In this document: in pieces, positions 8,886 through 18,023 of the stretch
How positions within the stretch are numbered: position 1 is the stretch's first letter
Layout of the letters: each line of letters begins with the position of its first letter
Assembly: GCA_022792535.1 (NCBI GenBank)
Contig: JAAWBG010000036.1
Location: forward strand, 7,031-71,030
DNA: 64,000 nt
Source: Lachnospiraceae bacterium
GTDB lineage: Bacteria > Bacillota > Clostridia > Lachnospirales > Lachnospiraceae
Direction: 5' to 3'
The notes under the pieces: model-generated
The model's input: only the letters and a program-made list of their open reading frames with translations
Databases searched by the model: none
What the model was told of the DNA's origin: nothing
Position numbers and translations under genes: made by a program

Positions 8886-11027
8886 TTAAAGTTTCATGGT
8901 AAGCTGGATTCGTTTTTTCTGAAGATCCACACTCATGACTTTCACTTCCACTATATCTCCTACGCTGACTGCCTCTAAAGGATGCTTGATATATCGTTCT
9001 GTCATCTGAGAAATATGTACCAATCCGTCTTGATGTACGCCGATATCCACAAAGGCTCCAAAATCAATTACATTTCTCACTGTGCCCTTTAAAACCATTC
9101 CCGGCGTCAGGTCTTTCATCTCTAATACATCGCTGCGCAAAATAGGCTTCGGCATATCTTCTCTGGGATCTCTTGCAGGTTTTTCCAGCTCTTTTACAAT
9201 ATCCTGCAGCGTGATCTCTCCGATTTCCAGCTCTTTTGCCAATTTCTTATAATCCGATATCTTTTTTGAGATTCCTCCTAACTTTCCTTCCCGAATCTCT
9301 TCTGGCTGATAGCCCAGCTTGTCCAATAATTTTAAGGTTGCCTCATAGCTTTCCGGATGCACGCTGGTTCCATCCAGCGGATTCTCCCCATCCATAATCC
9401 GCATAAATCCTGCGCACTGTTCGTAGGCTTTCGGCCCTAATTTGGCCACCTTCAAAAGCTGTGCACGGGTGAGGAATCTTCCATTTGCTTCCCGATAGGC
9501 TACAATATTTTTCGCTATGTTTTTTGTAATGCCTGAAATGTATTCTAACAGAGAAGCCGAAGCTGTATTCAGGTCTACTCCTACTTTATTCACGCAGTCC
9601 TCCACCACGCCGCCTAAGGCGTCGCTTAATTTCTTTTGATTCATATCATGCTGGTACTGTCCCACCCCGATGGATTTGGGATCAATTTTTACCAGCTCTG
9701 CCAGAGGATCCTGGAGTCTTCTTGCAATGGAGGCCGCGCTTCTCTGCCCCACATCAAAATTAGGAAACTCTTCTGTGGCCAGTTTGCTGGCGGAATATAC
9801 AGAAGCTCCGGCCTCATTTACAATCACATACTGCACCGGAACTGAAATCTCTTTCAGCAAATCCACAATGATCATTTCTGATTCTCTGGAAGCTGTTCCA
9901 TTTCCCACAGAGATCAGGGATACGTTGTATTTTTGAATTAGTTTCTTTAACACTGCCTTAGATTCTTCTACTTTATTTTGAGGAGCTGTGGGATAAATCA
10001 CTGTGGTATCCAGCACTTTTCCAGTGGAATCCACCACCGCCAGCTTACATCCTGTACGAAACGCCGGGTCCCAGCCCAATACTACCTTGCCGGCAATGGG
10101 CGGCTGCATCAAAAGCTGCTCCAAATTCTTGCCAAACACACGGATAGCTCCATCCTGGGCACGTTCTGTCAGCTCATTGCGGATCTCCCGTTCAATAGCC
10201 GGGGCAATCAGACGTTTATAGCTGTCTTCCACCACAGATTTTAAGACAGCTGTGGTATGGGGATTTTCTCTGGAAATAGTTTTCTTTTCCAGATACTGGA
10301 GAATCTGTTCTGTGGGCGCTTCCATCTTCACGGTCAGAATCTTCTCCTCTTCTCCACGGTTTAATGCCAGAATCCGATGTCCAGCCAGTTTTGCCAAGAC
10401 TTCCTCAAATTCATAATACATCTCATAGACAGATTCTTTTTCTGGATCTTTGGCTGTTGAGGTGATTTTTCCTGCCCTCATAGTCTGTTCTCTGATGTAT
10501 GTTCGATAATCTGCCTCATCGGAAATACTTTCTGCCAGAATATCCATAGCTCCCGCAATGGCGTCTTCCACAGAATCCACGCCTTTTTCCGAATCCAAAA
10601 ATGTTTCTGCTTCTATCTCCAAAGGCTTCTCTGTCATCTGCAGCAAGATAATATTTGCCAGAGGTTCCAATCCTTTTTCCTTTGCAATGGTGGCTCTGGT
10701 CCTTCGCTTGGGACGATAAGGCCGATAAAGGTCTTCCACCGCTACCAAAGTCTCTGCCGACAAGATCTGCTGTTTCAACTCTTCTGTCAGTTTTCCCTGT
10801 TCCTCAATACTAGACAGCACCTGTTCCTTTTTCTCTTCCAAATTCCGCAGATAGAGCAGACGTTCATGCAGATCCCGCAATACTTCGTCATTCAAAGCTC
10901 CTGTGGCTTCCTTCCGATATCTGGAAATAAAGGGAATCGTATTGCCTTCATCAATCAGTTTTACCGCTGCCTCTGCCTGTTGTTTTCGAATCTTCAGTTC
11001 TTCCGCTAATTTTGCAATAATATCCAT
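8886..11027 (-). CDS. tex: Tex (YhgF) RNA-binding transcriptional accessory protein with S1 domain
   Basis: GNTIPFISRYRKEATG, DPAFRTGCK, IGVGQYQHD, C-terminal S1 GTVRNVIDFGAFVDIGVHQDGLVHIS. Confidence 0.93.
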   Translation of the reverse strand: MDIIAKLAEELKIRKQQAEAAVKLIDEGNTIPFISRYRKEATGALNDEVLRDLHERLLYLRNLEEKKEQVLSSIEEQGKLTEELKQQILSAETLVAVEDLYRPYRPKRRTRATIAKEKGLEPLANIILLQMTEKPLEIEAETFLDSEKGVDSVEDAIAGAMDILAESISDEADYRTYIREQTMRAGKITSTAKDPEKESVYEMYYEFEEVLAKLAGHRILALNRGEEEKILTVKMEAPTEQILQYLEKKTISRENPHTTAVLKSVVEDSYKRLIAPAIEREIRNELTERAQDGAIRVFGKNLEQLLMQPPIAGKVVLGWDPAFRTGCKLAVVDSTGKVLDTTVIYPTAPQNKVEESKAVLKKLIQKYNVSLISVGNGTASRESEMIIVDLLKEISVPVQYVIVNEAGASVYSASKLATEEFPNFDVGQRSAASIARRLQDPLAELVKIDPKSIGVGQYQHDMNQKKLSDALGGVVEDCVNKVGVDLNTASASLLEYISGITKNIAKNIVAYREANGRFLTRAQLLKVAKLGPKAYEQCAGFMRIMDGENPLDGTSVHPESYEATLKLLDKLGYQPEEIREGKLGGISKKISDYKKLAKELEIGEITLQDIVKELEKPARDPREDMPKPILRSDVLEMKDLTPGMVLKGTVRNVIDFGAFVDIGVHQDGLVHISQMTERYIKHPLEAVSVGDIVEVKVMSVDLQKKRIQLTMKL

Positions 11028-11063
11028 ACATCATTCTCCTAGTTCTTTCTTCACACGCAAATA

Positions 11064-11093
11064 ATTATACGAGGGATATCTGCCTATTGTCAA
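11064..11093 (-). promoter_or_regulatory. Sigma-A promoter of tex
   Basis: TTGACA-18 nt-TATAAT. Confidence 0.65.
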
Positions 11094-11174
11094 GATCTTC
11101 TCCTTTCGAAAATCTATTTGTATTTTTAAATCACACATGCTACAATAAAAACAGAATTTTCAAGGAGGTTTTTT

Positions 11175-11558
11175 ATGGATTACGAATCAAACAAATCATA
11201 CATAGAAATGCGTTCTGCAGGAATGTCTTTAGCTTCCATGGTGATCGGAATCTTCGGGGTCGTTACCAGCTGCTGTATTTATCCAGCTTTTATCTGCGGT
11301 TCTCTGGCAATTATCTTCGCTCTGATCTCCAGAGGAGGAGAAATGCACCCGAACAGCTACGGCAAGGCCGGACTTATTCTGGGAACCATCGGATTGATTC
11401 TAGGCTTTCTTTTTATGCTTTTTTACATTATGATCCTCCTCTCTGATATGGGAGGTACCGACGGCTACATGAATTACATGGAAGATTTTATAGAAGAGAT
11501 GGAGGAAATGGAAGAATGGGAAGACTTTGACTCTTCCGATCCATATGATTTCCTATAA
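11175..11558 (+). CDS. Small membrane protein, DUF4190-like
   Basis: ASMVIGIFG..CC..LAIIFALIS..KAGLILGTIG pattern, acidic tail, AGGAGG RBS. Confidence 0.7.
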   Translation: MDYESNKSYIEMRSAGMSLASMVIGIFGVVTSCCIYPAFICGSLAIIFALISRGGEMHPNSYGKAGLILGTIGLILGFLFMLFYIMILLSDMGGTDGYMNYMEDFIEEMEEMEEWEDFDSSDPYDFL

Positions 11559-11599
11559 AAACATTTTTTCATTCGGATTTTCCAGAGAGGAGAATCATC

Positions 11600-12703
11600 A
11601 TGTATCAACCATTAGAATTGATAGAAAATTATTGTCGTCTGGCCCCCGGAGAAGCAAAACTGTCTGGAATCCGACAGGCGATCCAGGAAGCAGACCTTGC
11701 CAAAGATTACAAATATATGATGTATTTCCGTTATGCATATGCCGATTCCTGTTCAGAAAATTATCTGCTGTATCTCTATCTGATCTTCCCAGAAATTCTA
11801 CAGCTTTTTGAGGAATATCCAGATCTTGAGATGCCCGGCTGGTGTTGCCTTGATACCGTCGACGCGGTTATGGATATTTTTTCCCGTGTGATAGATTGCG
11901 CAGACTTCTTTTACCAAATCTCTATCAGCGACATGGAACAATATCTGGAAAAATATAAGACTTTCTGTTTAAAATACGGCTACGCCCTTTTTGAATATCA
12001 TATGGCCTCTGCAAGATTATACCGTGCCACCGGAGAAAAAACAAAAGCCATGCAAAGCCTCCATGACTTTCAATCCCTCTGCCGCTCTACCCATCGCCGA
12101 AACCCTTCATCCATAGGGTTTGAAGGAGAAATGGCCAGTTGGTACGGAGACCTTGATACTTTATTAAAAACTGCAAAATTATTGGAAAAGAAATACCATG
12201 ATGATGAAGAATTGATCTATGAATACGGACGTCTCTTGTATCACTATGCAGTCCGTATCCAGGATTTTAAAAGCGCTGAACCTTATTATAAGAAAATGGA
12301 ATATCTTCGCCGAAAACATGGCTTGCATTCCTATTACTTTGCAGATACCATGGTATACCTGACAGCCACAAATCCCAATGCTGCCTGGAGTTTTTTCAAA
12401 AAAGAAGCTCCTTATCAGGCTCTGACTTATACACCTTTGGACAAAATGGAATTCTCCACAGGAGCGGAGATTATGATGCGGAACCTTTTAAAACAGGGCA
12501 AAACAAATATGCGTCTCTCTCTGCCTTCCAGACTTCCTTATTATCAGGAAAACGGATGTTACCACATTAAAGCACTGGCAGAATACTTCGGCCGGGAAGC
12601 CAGAGAGATTGCTTCTAAATTTGATATCCGAAATGGAAATGACAATTCCATCCAAGAATATGAACTTTTTCTGGCTGCTGCCCAAAATTACATCACCCCT
12701 TAG
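11600..12703 (+). CDS. Hypothetical alpha-helical (TPR-like) protein with C-terminal FDxRNG motif
   Basis: 367-aa ORF with GAGG RBS; helical and aromatic-rich; ends IASKFDIRNGND. Confidence 0.7.
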   Translation: MYQPLELIENYCRLAPGEAKLSGIRQAIQEADLAKDYKYMMYFRYAYADSCSENYLLYLYLIFPEILQLFEEYPDLEMPGWCCLDTVDAVMDIFSRVIDCADFFYQISISDMEQYLEKYKTFCLKYGYALFEYHMASARLYRATGEKTKAMQSLHDFQSLCRSTHRRNPSSIGFEGEMASWYGDLDTLLKTAKLLEKKYHDDEELIYEYGRLLYHYAVRIQDFKSAEPYYKKMEYLRRKHGLHSYYFADTMVYLTATNPNAAWSFFKKEAPYQALTYTPLDKMEFSTGAEIMMRNLLKQGKTNMRLSLPSRLPYYQENGCYHIKALAEYFGREAREIASKFDIRNGNDNSIQEYELFLAAAQNYITP

Positions 12704-12721
12704 GAAAACTCCTAAGGGGTG
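12694..12721. terminator. Bidirectional terminator between convergent genes
   Basis: Perfect 12-bp stem CACCCCTTAGGA-AAAC-TCCTAAGGGGTG. Confidence 0.7.
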
Positions 12722-12752
12722 TCAACTTTTCAAAAAGCTGTGAAAAGGAATT

Positions 12753-13511
12753 TTAAAAATGATCTGCTAATTCTAGGGCCTGGGGTCTTTGCAGGCCATC
12801 ATATTCTCCGGAAACATCCAGATAAAAATTTACCAGGGTCTGATTCATGTAAGGCATAATCCACAGCATTCCAATTCCAAAAGAAAGGATTCCCAACATT
12901 CCCCATCCAATAAAACTCAGATAGAGATAGAACATCCTGCCCTTATTTCCATCCATTCTGCGGGCGCTTTCCCGAAAAGCAGTGACCGCTCCCATCTGAG
13001 GATGCTCCACTAACAGAAAAAAGCACAGCACATACCGTAGATTTAAAAGAATTAATACAACGATTCCTACAAAATACAGAATTCCTCCAATTACAGCCGC
13101 TAACACAGATTCTTCTATCAATCCGATCCAAGTACAGATACTTCCCGGCAAAACGCAGGCCAATTCTATTCCATACAGCATTAGAATAGCAAGAATATAA
13201 CGATCCGGCCTTCTGGCAAATTCTCCAAACAGCATCTCAATCTTCCCATCCTGGCCGCGGGCAAATCCAAAATGCATTCTGCTGATCCCTGCGCTCATAA
13301 TAACGCCTATTATGCTTATAATTAAGGCAGCCACCATATATGCTGTCAACTGTACCATTCCTCCTCTGGTAATAAAAAACAGAAGATAGAAAGGCATCAA
13401 AACTGCTGATGTAATCAATCCCATCAACAATGTGGCTCCAATTACAATTCCCCAATGGCCAATCAGATTTTTTCTCGCCAGTCTTTTCAGTTCTGCCGAT
13501 GTACGTTTCAT
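12753..13511 (-). CDS. DUF975-family membrane protein
   Basis: MKRTSAELKRLAR start; SARRMDGNKGRMFYLYLSFIGW..LWIMPY motif. Confidence 0.82.
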   Translation of the reverse strand: MKRTSAELKRLARKNLIGHWGIVIGATLLMGLITSAVLMPFYLLFFITRGGMVQLTAYMVAALIISIIGVIMSAGISRMHFGFARGQDGKIEMLFGEFARRPDRYILAILMLYGIELACVLPGSICTWIGLIEESVLAAVIGGILYFVGIVVLILLNLRYVLCFFLLVEHPQMGAVTAFRESARRMDGNKGRMFYLYLSFIGWGMLGILSFGIGMLWIMPYMNQTLVNFYLDVSGEYDGLQRPQALELADHF

Positions 13512-13552
13512 ATTTCCCTTCGCTCCATTTCCGTTTTACGATAATCCCTCAA

Positions 13553-14326
13553 TCAATAATAATCATCATAATAATCATCATCATCATAATAATCATCTCG
13601 ATAATCTTTATCAAAGTCCAAGATCTTTCCTGTTCTTGCATGAATTTTTATCTCATACTCAAAATGTCCTTTGATCATTTCCACCTCATAAACCGGTATT
13701 CCATCGTCGTCATCCCGGTCAAATTCCACTTTTACCACAGTAGCTCCCGGCACCTTTTTCAGCGCGATCTCTTTGGCTTTTTTCGCTCCAATATAAGAAG
13801 TCTGCTTCTTAGGCTTAATCATCAATTCTTCTTCATACTTTATCAGCTTTCCCGTTCTTCCATGGTATTTCAGCTCATATTTCTTGGTACTGCTCTTCAT
13901 CTTGACTTTGTACAGAACAATTCCCTTTTCGTATTTTTTATGGATACTGGTGATCTTAGCACCCTTTACCTGCTTTTTAGCCAGACTCTTACACTTATTC
14001 TGGCTTATCACCTTCTTCTTGCTCTTCCGGTCAATTTTCTTCTGCTCCCATTTATAGGACAACATCTTTCCATCGGAAGCGCGATATTTGATCTCATATT
14101 TTTTTGTTCCCTTTATCAAATCAACTTCCCAAATCAGCACGCCTTTTTCATAATCTTTATCAATTTCTAAAATATGAGCGCCCTTCACTTTCTTCAGGGC
14201 CATCTTTTTCACCTGGCTGTAATTGGTAATCCGCTTCGCATAAGCTGTCTCTGAAGTTGCAAAAATTCCTGCAAACATCAGGCAAAACATCACAAGAATC
14301 ATTCCAACTGTTTTCTGTTTTTTCAT
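13553..14326 (-). CDS. Secreted Lys-rich protein with three PepSY-like repeats and an Asp/Tyr tail
   Basis: Signal peptide ending AYA; three repeats of A.KKV.GA.I....D....YEV.......YE.KI.A.TGK; start moved to MKKQK (14326, GGAGGGAG RBS). Confidence 0.8.
   Translation of the reverse strand: MKKQKTVGMILVMFCLMFAGIFATSETAYAKRITNYSQVKKMALKKVKGAHILEIDKDYEKGVLIWEVDLIKGTKKYEIKYRASDGKMLSYKWEQKKIDRKSKKKVISQNKCKSLAKKQVKGAKITSIHKKYEKGIVLYKVKMKSSTKKYELKYHGRTGKLIKYEEELMIKPKKQTSYIGAKKAKEIALKKVPGATVVKVEFDRDDDDGIPVYEVEMIKGHFEYEIKIHARTGKILDFDKDYRDDYYDDDDYYDDYY
13555..13606 (-). repeat. Coding microsatellite (GAT/TAT)n giving the DDYYDDDDYYDDYY tail
   Basis: Plus strand aataataatcatcataataatcatcatcatcataataatcatc. 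Confidence 0.75.
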
Positions 14327-14355
14327 GACGTCTCCCTCCTTCTGCTCTCTTAACA

Positions 14356-14868
14356 TTACGCTGCATAATCTATATTTTTTCCTTTTGCTTCTTCTCCTCC
14401 GAGAACCTTCCGGCTCTCTTCATATGGATTTGCCGGATACTTGATCTTCGTATTGGTGGTGCCTCCCGAAACATAAGTTCTGCCGCATTCCGGACAGACA
14501 GAAGTATGAATACTTACCGAGGCAGAGACAACTTTCCCCTCTTTCTGGGCTGCCTTGGTATAGGCATTGGAAACATGTTCTCCTTCATGAGCCCTGACTG
14601 CGCCGGCCGCCGCCTCTGGAGATACGTGGGCCGCTGCTTTAAAGGAAACATTTTCATCAGAACCATCCTGATATTTCCGATTCTCACAAGTCTGGCACCG
14701 CTCTCCTATCTTTTTTACAGAACCATCCCTGTTCTTCTCTTCAGAACCGTCCACTGACAGAATGCCCTGAGAGGAATCTCCAGACCGTCCCATACTTTCA
14801 TAGCCTTTGGCTCCATAACTTCCATAATAATCATTGTAGCTTCCTGCACTCCCAACTGCTCCTACCAT
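14356..14868 (-). CDS. Hypothetical protein with AHExxH motif and CxxC (SprA-related-like)
   Basis: AVRAHEGEHV, CQTC and CPECG; GAGGTG RBS. Confidence 0.65.
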   Translation of the reverse strand: MVGAVGSAGSYNDYYGSYGAKGYESMGRSGDSSQGILSVDGSEEKNRDGSVKKIGERCQTCENRKYQDGSDENVSFKAAAHVSPEAAAGAVRAHEGEHVSNAYTKAAQKEGKVVSASVSIHTSVCPECGRTYVSGGTTNTKIKYPANPYEESRKVLGGEEAKGKNIDYAA

Positions 14869-14944
14869 GTCAACACCTCTTCTCCCATTTTCATTGCTTT
14901 CAAACTCTTCTGAATCTCCCAGCTCCGCTGGTTCTTCAAAATAG

Positions 14945-14995
14945 ATTATACCATATATTTTTTACTTTGACAAACAAAAGAAAAAGAATTATACT
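14945..14995. promoter_or_regulatory. Back-to-back divergent sigma-A promoters sharing one -35 region
   Basis: Plus: TTGACA(14967)-17-TATACT(14990). Minus: TTGTCA(14973)-17-TG.TATAAT(14950). Confidence 0.6.
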
Positions 14996-15056
14996 GCAAA
15001 AGTAACGATAGTAAAAGAAAGACTTTTTCATCTGAAATTCGAGATAAGGAGTTCTT

Positions 15057-15503
15057 ATGAGACAACGTGAAAAAGAAGAAACTGCACTGTTCTACACCGG
15101 ATGGGCTCTCCTTGGGATTGCCTGCTGCATTTTACTGCTCTATCGGCTGTTTCCCGGTTTATTTTCCCTGTTTCTGATTCCCTGTGTGGTACAGAGCACC
15201 TTTGGCGTCTATTGTCCTGGCTGCGGGGGAACCAGAGCAGCAGCCGCTCTGCTGCAGGGCGATCTTATCACTTCTTTCTTCTGCCACCCGCTGGTTCTCT
15301 ACACCGCCTTCACAGGGGGCTGGTTTCTGATCAGCCACACCATAGAACGCATTTCCAGACATCGTCTCAAAATTGGCATGAAATACCGAGACATCTATGT
15401 GTGGGCTGCTCTTATCATTGTGATTCTGAATTTTCTGGTGAAAAATTTGCTGCTTTTTGTCTTCCACATAGATTTATTAGAAAATGTGCATCTCCTGTCA
15501 TAA
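15057..15503 (+). CDS. DUF2752-family membrane protein
   Basis: PC....G.YCPGCGGTRA...LLQGD...SFFCHPL motif; AAGGAG RBS. Confidence 0.82.
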   Translation: MRQREKEETALFYTGWALLGIACCILLLYRLFPGLFSLFLIPCVVQSTFGVYCPGCGGTRAAAALLQGDLITSFFCHPLVLYTAFTGGWFLISHTIERISRHRLKIGMKYRDIYVWAALIIVILNFLVKNLLLFVFHIDLLENVHLLS

Positions 15504-15512
15504 TCTCATCCT

Positions 15513-16718
15513 TTAATCTTCAATAAATTGATCGTGCACCGCCCGCATTGCCTTTTCCACATCTTCTTCATTGATCAGCACGGTAATGCGGATCTCTGAG
15601 GTGGCGATCATGCGAATGTTGATTCCTGCATTGTACAATGCCTCAAACATCCGGGAGGCCACTCCTGGATTGGACTGCATGCCTGCGCCTACTACGGAGA
15701 CTTTTGCCACCGTATCGTTCATCTCAATTCTTTTGGCTGTGATCCGGCTCTTATGCTCCTCTAAAATCGCTACGGTTTCTTCTGCGTCGTCTCTGGCCAC
15801 CGTAAAGGAAATATCTTTCGTGCCCTCTCTTCCGATAGACTGCAGAATCACGTCCACATTGATATTTTTTCTTGCCAGCAGATCAAATATTTTAAATGCG
15901 ATTCCCGGCGTATCCTTCACGCCGAACACTGCGATTCTGGCTGTATTTTTATCGATTGCAACTCCACTGACAAGCATACTCTCCATGTCTGTCTCCTCCT
16001 TTACAATTGTCCCTTCTGCATTGTTCAGGCTAGAACGAACGACCAGCTGTACCCCATATTTTTTTGCCATTTCAACGGAACGGTTATGGAGCACTTTCGC
16101 CCCTAACGTGGCCAATTCCAGCATCTCGTCATAAGTGATCTCTGGAATCTTTTTCGCGTTTGGAACAATCCTGGGATCTGCTGTATATACTCCTTCCACA
16201 TCTGTGTATATCTCACAGGAATCTGCATGGAGCACTGCTGCAAGAGCCACAGCTGTGGTATCAGATCCTCCTCTTCCCAAAGTCGTAAGGTCGTCATATT
16301 TATTGATACCCTGAAATCCAGTAACAATAACGATCTTGCGGTTCTCTAGTTCATGACGGATCCGCTGGGTGTCTATCTTTTTAAAACGTGCGTTCCCATA
16401 GCGGGAAGAAGTGTGCATAGTAATCTGAAAGGCGTTCAGGGAAACAGAAGGTACGCCAAGGGCCCCCATTGCCATGGACATCAAGGCAGTGGAGGTCTGT
16501 TCTCCTGTGGCCAGCAGCATATCTACTTCTCGTTTGGATGGATTGGGGTTAAAATCTTTTGCCATCTCCAAAAGACGATCTGTAGTCTTCCCCATGGCAG
16601 ACAATACCACCACCACATCATTTCCTTTCTGATAATCTTCAATACAGCGTTTTGCCACATTGTAAATATGCTCTTTATCCGCTACGGAACTTCCGCCGAA
16701 CTTTTTGACTATTAACAT
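15513..16718 (-). CDS. lysC: Aspartate kinase
   Basis: VKKFGGSSV, TTLGRGGSDTTAVALA, DVEGVYTADP, two ACT domains; start moved to MLIVKK. Confidence 0.95.
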   Translation of the reverse strand: MLIVKKFGGSSVADKEHIYNVAKRCIEDYQKGNDVVVVLSAMGKTTDRLLEMAKDFNPNPSKREVDMLLATGEQTSTALMSMAMGALGVPSVSLNAFQITMHTSSRYGNARFKKIDTQRIRHELENRKIVIVTGFQGINKYDDLTTLGRGGSDTTAVALAAVLHADSCEIYTDVEGVYTADPRIVPNAKKIPEITYDEMLELATLGAKVLHNRSVEMAKKYGVQLVVRSSLNNAEGTIVKEETDMESMLVSGVAIDKNTARIAVFGVKDTPGIAFKIFDLLARKNINVDVILQSIGREGTKDISFTVARDDAEETVAILEEHKSRITAKRIEMNDTVAKVSVVGAGMQSNPGVASRMFEALYNAGINIRMIATSEIRITVLINEEDVEKAMRAVHDQFIED

Positions 16719-16739
16719 AATATTCTCCTGAACCACTGA

Positions 16740-17942
16740 TTATTTTTGGATGAGATAATCAATCATCTCACACCCTCTGGAAATGTGAAAAGGACTGGCT
16801 TTGGCTTCTCTCTCGTTGTACTTCCAAGTATTTTTCTGGGGGGCGCTGCTGTCATACAGCAGATATGGCACATCATCTTTGGTATGGGTACGGATTGCAA
16901 TGGGCGTTGGGTGGTCCGGCATAATCAACATGCGGTACGCCTCTCCCGCCTCCTCCAATCCTTGTTTTAAAACCGCAATCAGACGCTCATCTAAAAATGT
17001 GATAGCCTGTACTTTCTTCTCAATACTGCCCTGATGTCCCATTTCATCTGGAGCTTCCACATGAATATACACAAAATCATAATTCTCTTTGGTCAGAGCA
17101 TCTACTGCAGCCTGGGCCTTTCCTTCATAATTGGTATGAAGGCCTCCGTTGGCGCCTTTTACCAGAATATTTTTCATGGATGCTCCCACTGCGATTCCCT
17201 TCAGAAGATCTACTGCAGACACCATGGCTCCCTTTAATCCTGTCTTTTCCTCAAAGGAAGAGAGGGCTGGTCTGGTGCCTGCACCCCAGAACCAACAGGA
17301 ATTTGCCGGATGCAGTCCCTTTTTCTTCCGCTCCACATTGATGGGATGATTTACCAGAATATCATAACTTTTTCGCATCATCTTACGCAAAATCTCATCC
17401 TGAGGAAGGTATTGGCCAATGGTCTGCCCCAGCACATCATGAGGCTGTGTCAGCTCCACCACTGATCCGTTTTCCCAGATCAAAAGATGACGGTAGCTGG
17501 TTCCCGTATAAAATTTATAACGATCTGTCTCTAACTCTTTTTTCACCGCTTCCAGCAAAACAGCCGCATCTTCCGTAGAAATTTCATCGGCGCTGTGGTC
17601 TATAATCTTTTTTTCTTCATAGATCTCTTCTTCCTCTGATAATGTTACAATATTACAGCGCAGCGACACATCCTCAGGCTTCATATCCACGCCGATACTC
17701 AGAGCCTCCAAGGGGGAACGCCCAGAATAATAGCGTCTGGGATCATATCCCAGAACCGACAGATTGGCCGTATCGCTTCCCGGCGCCATACCTTCCGGTA
17801 TGGTATGGACTGTTCCGATCTCTCCGGCTGCCGCAAGCTGGTCCATATTAGGTGTTTTGGCATATTCTAAAGGGGTCATTCCCTGTAATTCCGATAAGGG
17901 GCGATCTGCCATCCCATCCCCTAACACAATCACATATTTCAT
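16740..17942 (-). CDS. apgM: Cofactor-independent phosphoglycerate mutase-like protein (ApgM family, threonine-cluster type)
   Basis: LGDGMAD, PGSDTAN, HVEAPDEMGH, MPDHPTP metal-binding motifs. Confidence 0.85.
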   Translation of the reverse strand: MKYVIVLGDGMADRPLSELQGMTPLEYAKTPNMDQLAAAGEIGTVHTIPEGMAPGSDTANLSVLGYDPRRYYSGRSPLEALSIGVDMKPEDVSLRCNIVTLSEEEEIYEEKKIIDHSADEISTEDAAVLLEAVKKELETDRYKFYTGTSYRHLLIWENGSVVELTQPHDVLGQTIGQYLPQDEILRKMMRKSYDILVNHPINVERKKKGLHPANSCWFWGAGTRPALSSFEEKTGLKGAMVSAVDLLKGIAVGASMKNILVKGANGGLHTNYEGKAQAAVDALTKENYDFVYIHVEAPDEMGHQGSIEKKVQAITFLDERLIAVLKQGLEEAGEAYRMLIMPDHPTPIAIRTHTKDDVPYLLYDSSAPQKNTWKYNEREAKASPFHISRGCEMIDYLIQK

Positions 17943-18023
17943 ATTCGTCCTTTCTGCTTATATCACACAGGTTCTCTCGCAGTCTCCTGCACCGCCCGGC
18001 TTTTCTTCCAAAGTTTCTCTATC

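Noticed and set aside
13430-14170. Antisense ORFs with poly-Ile and poly-His/Asn runs
   Set aside because: They are opposite-strand readings of the PepSY gene's GAT/TAT microsatellite
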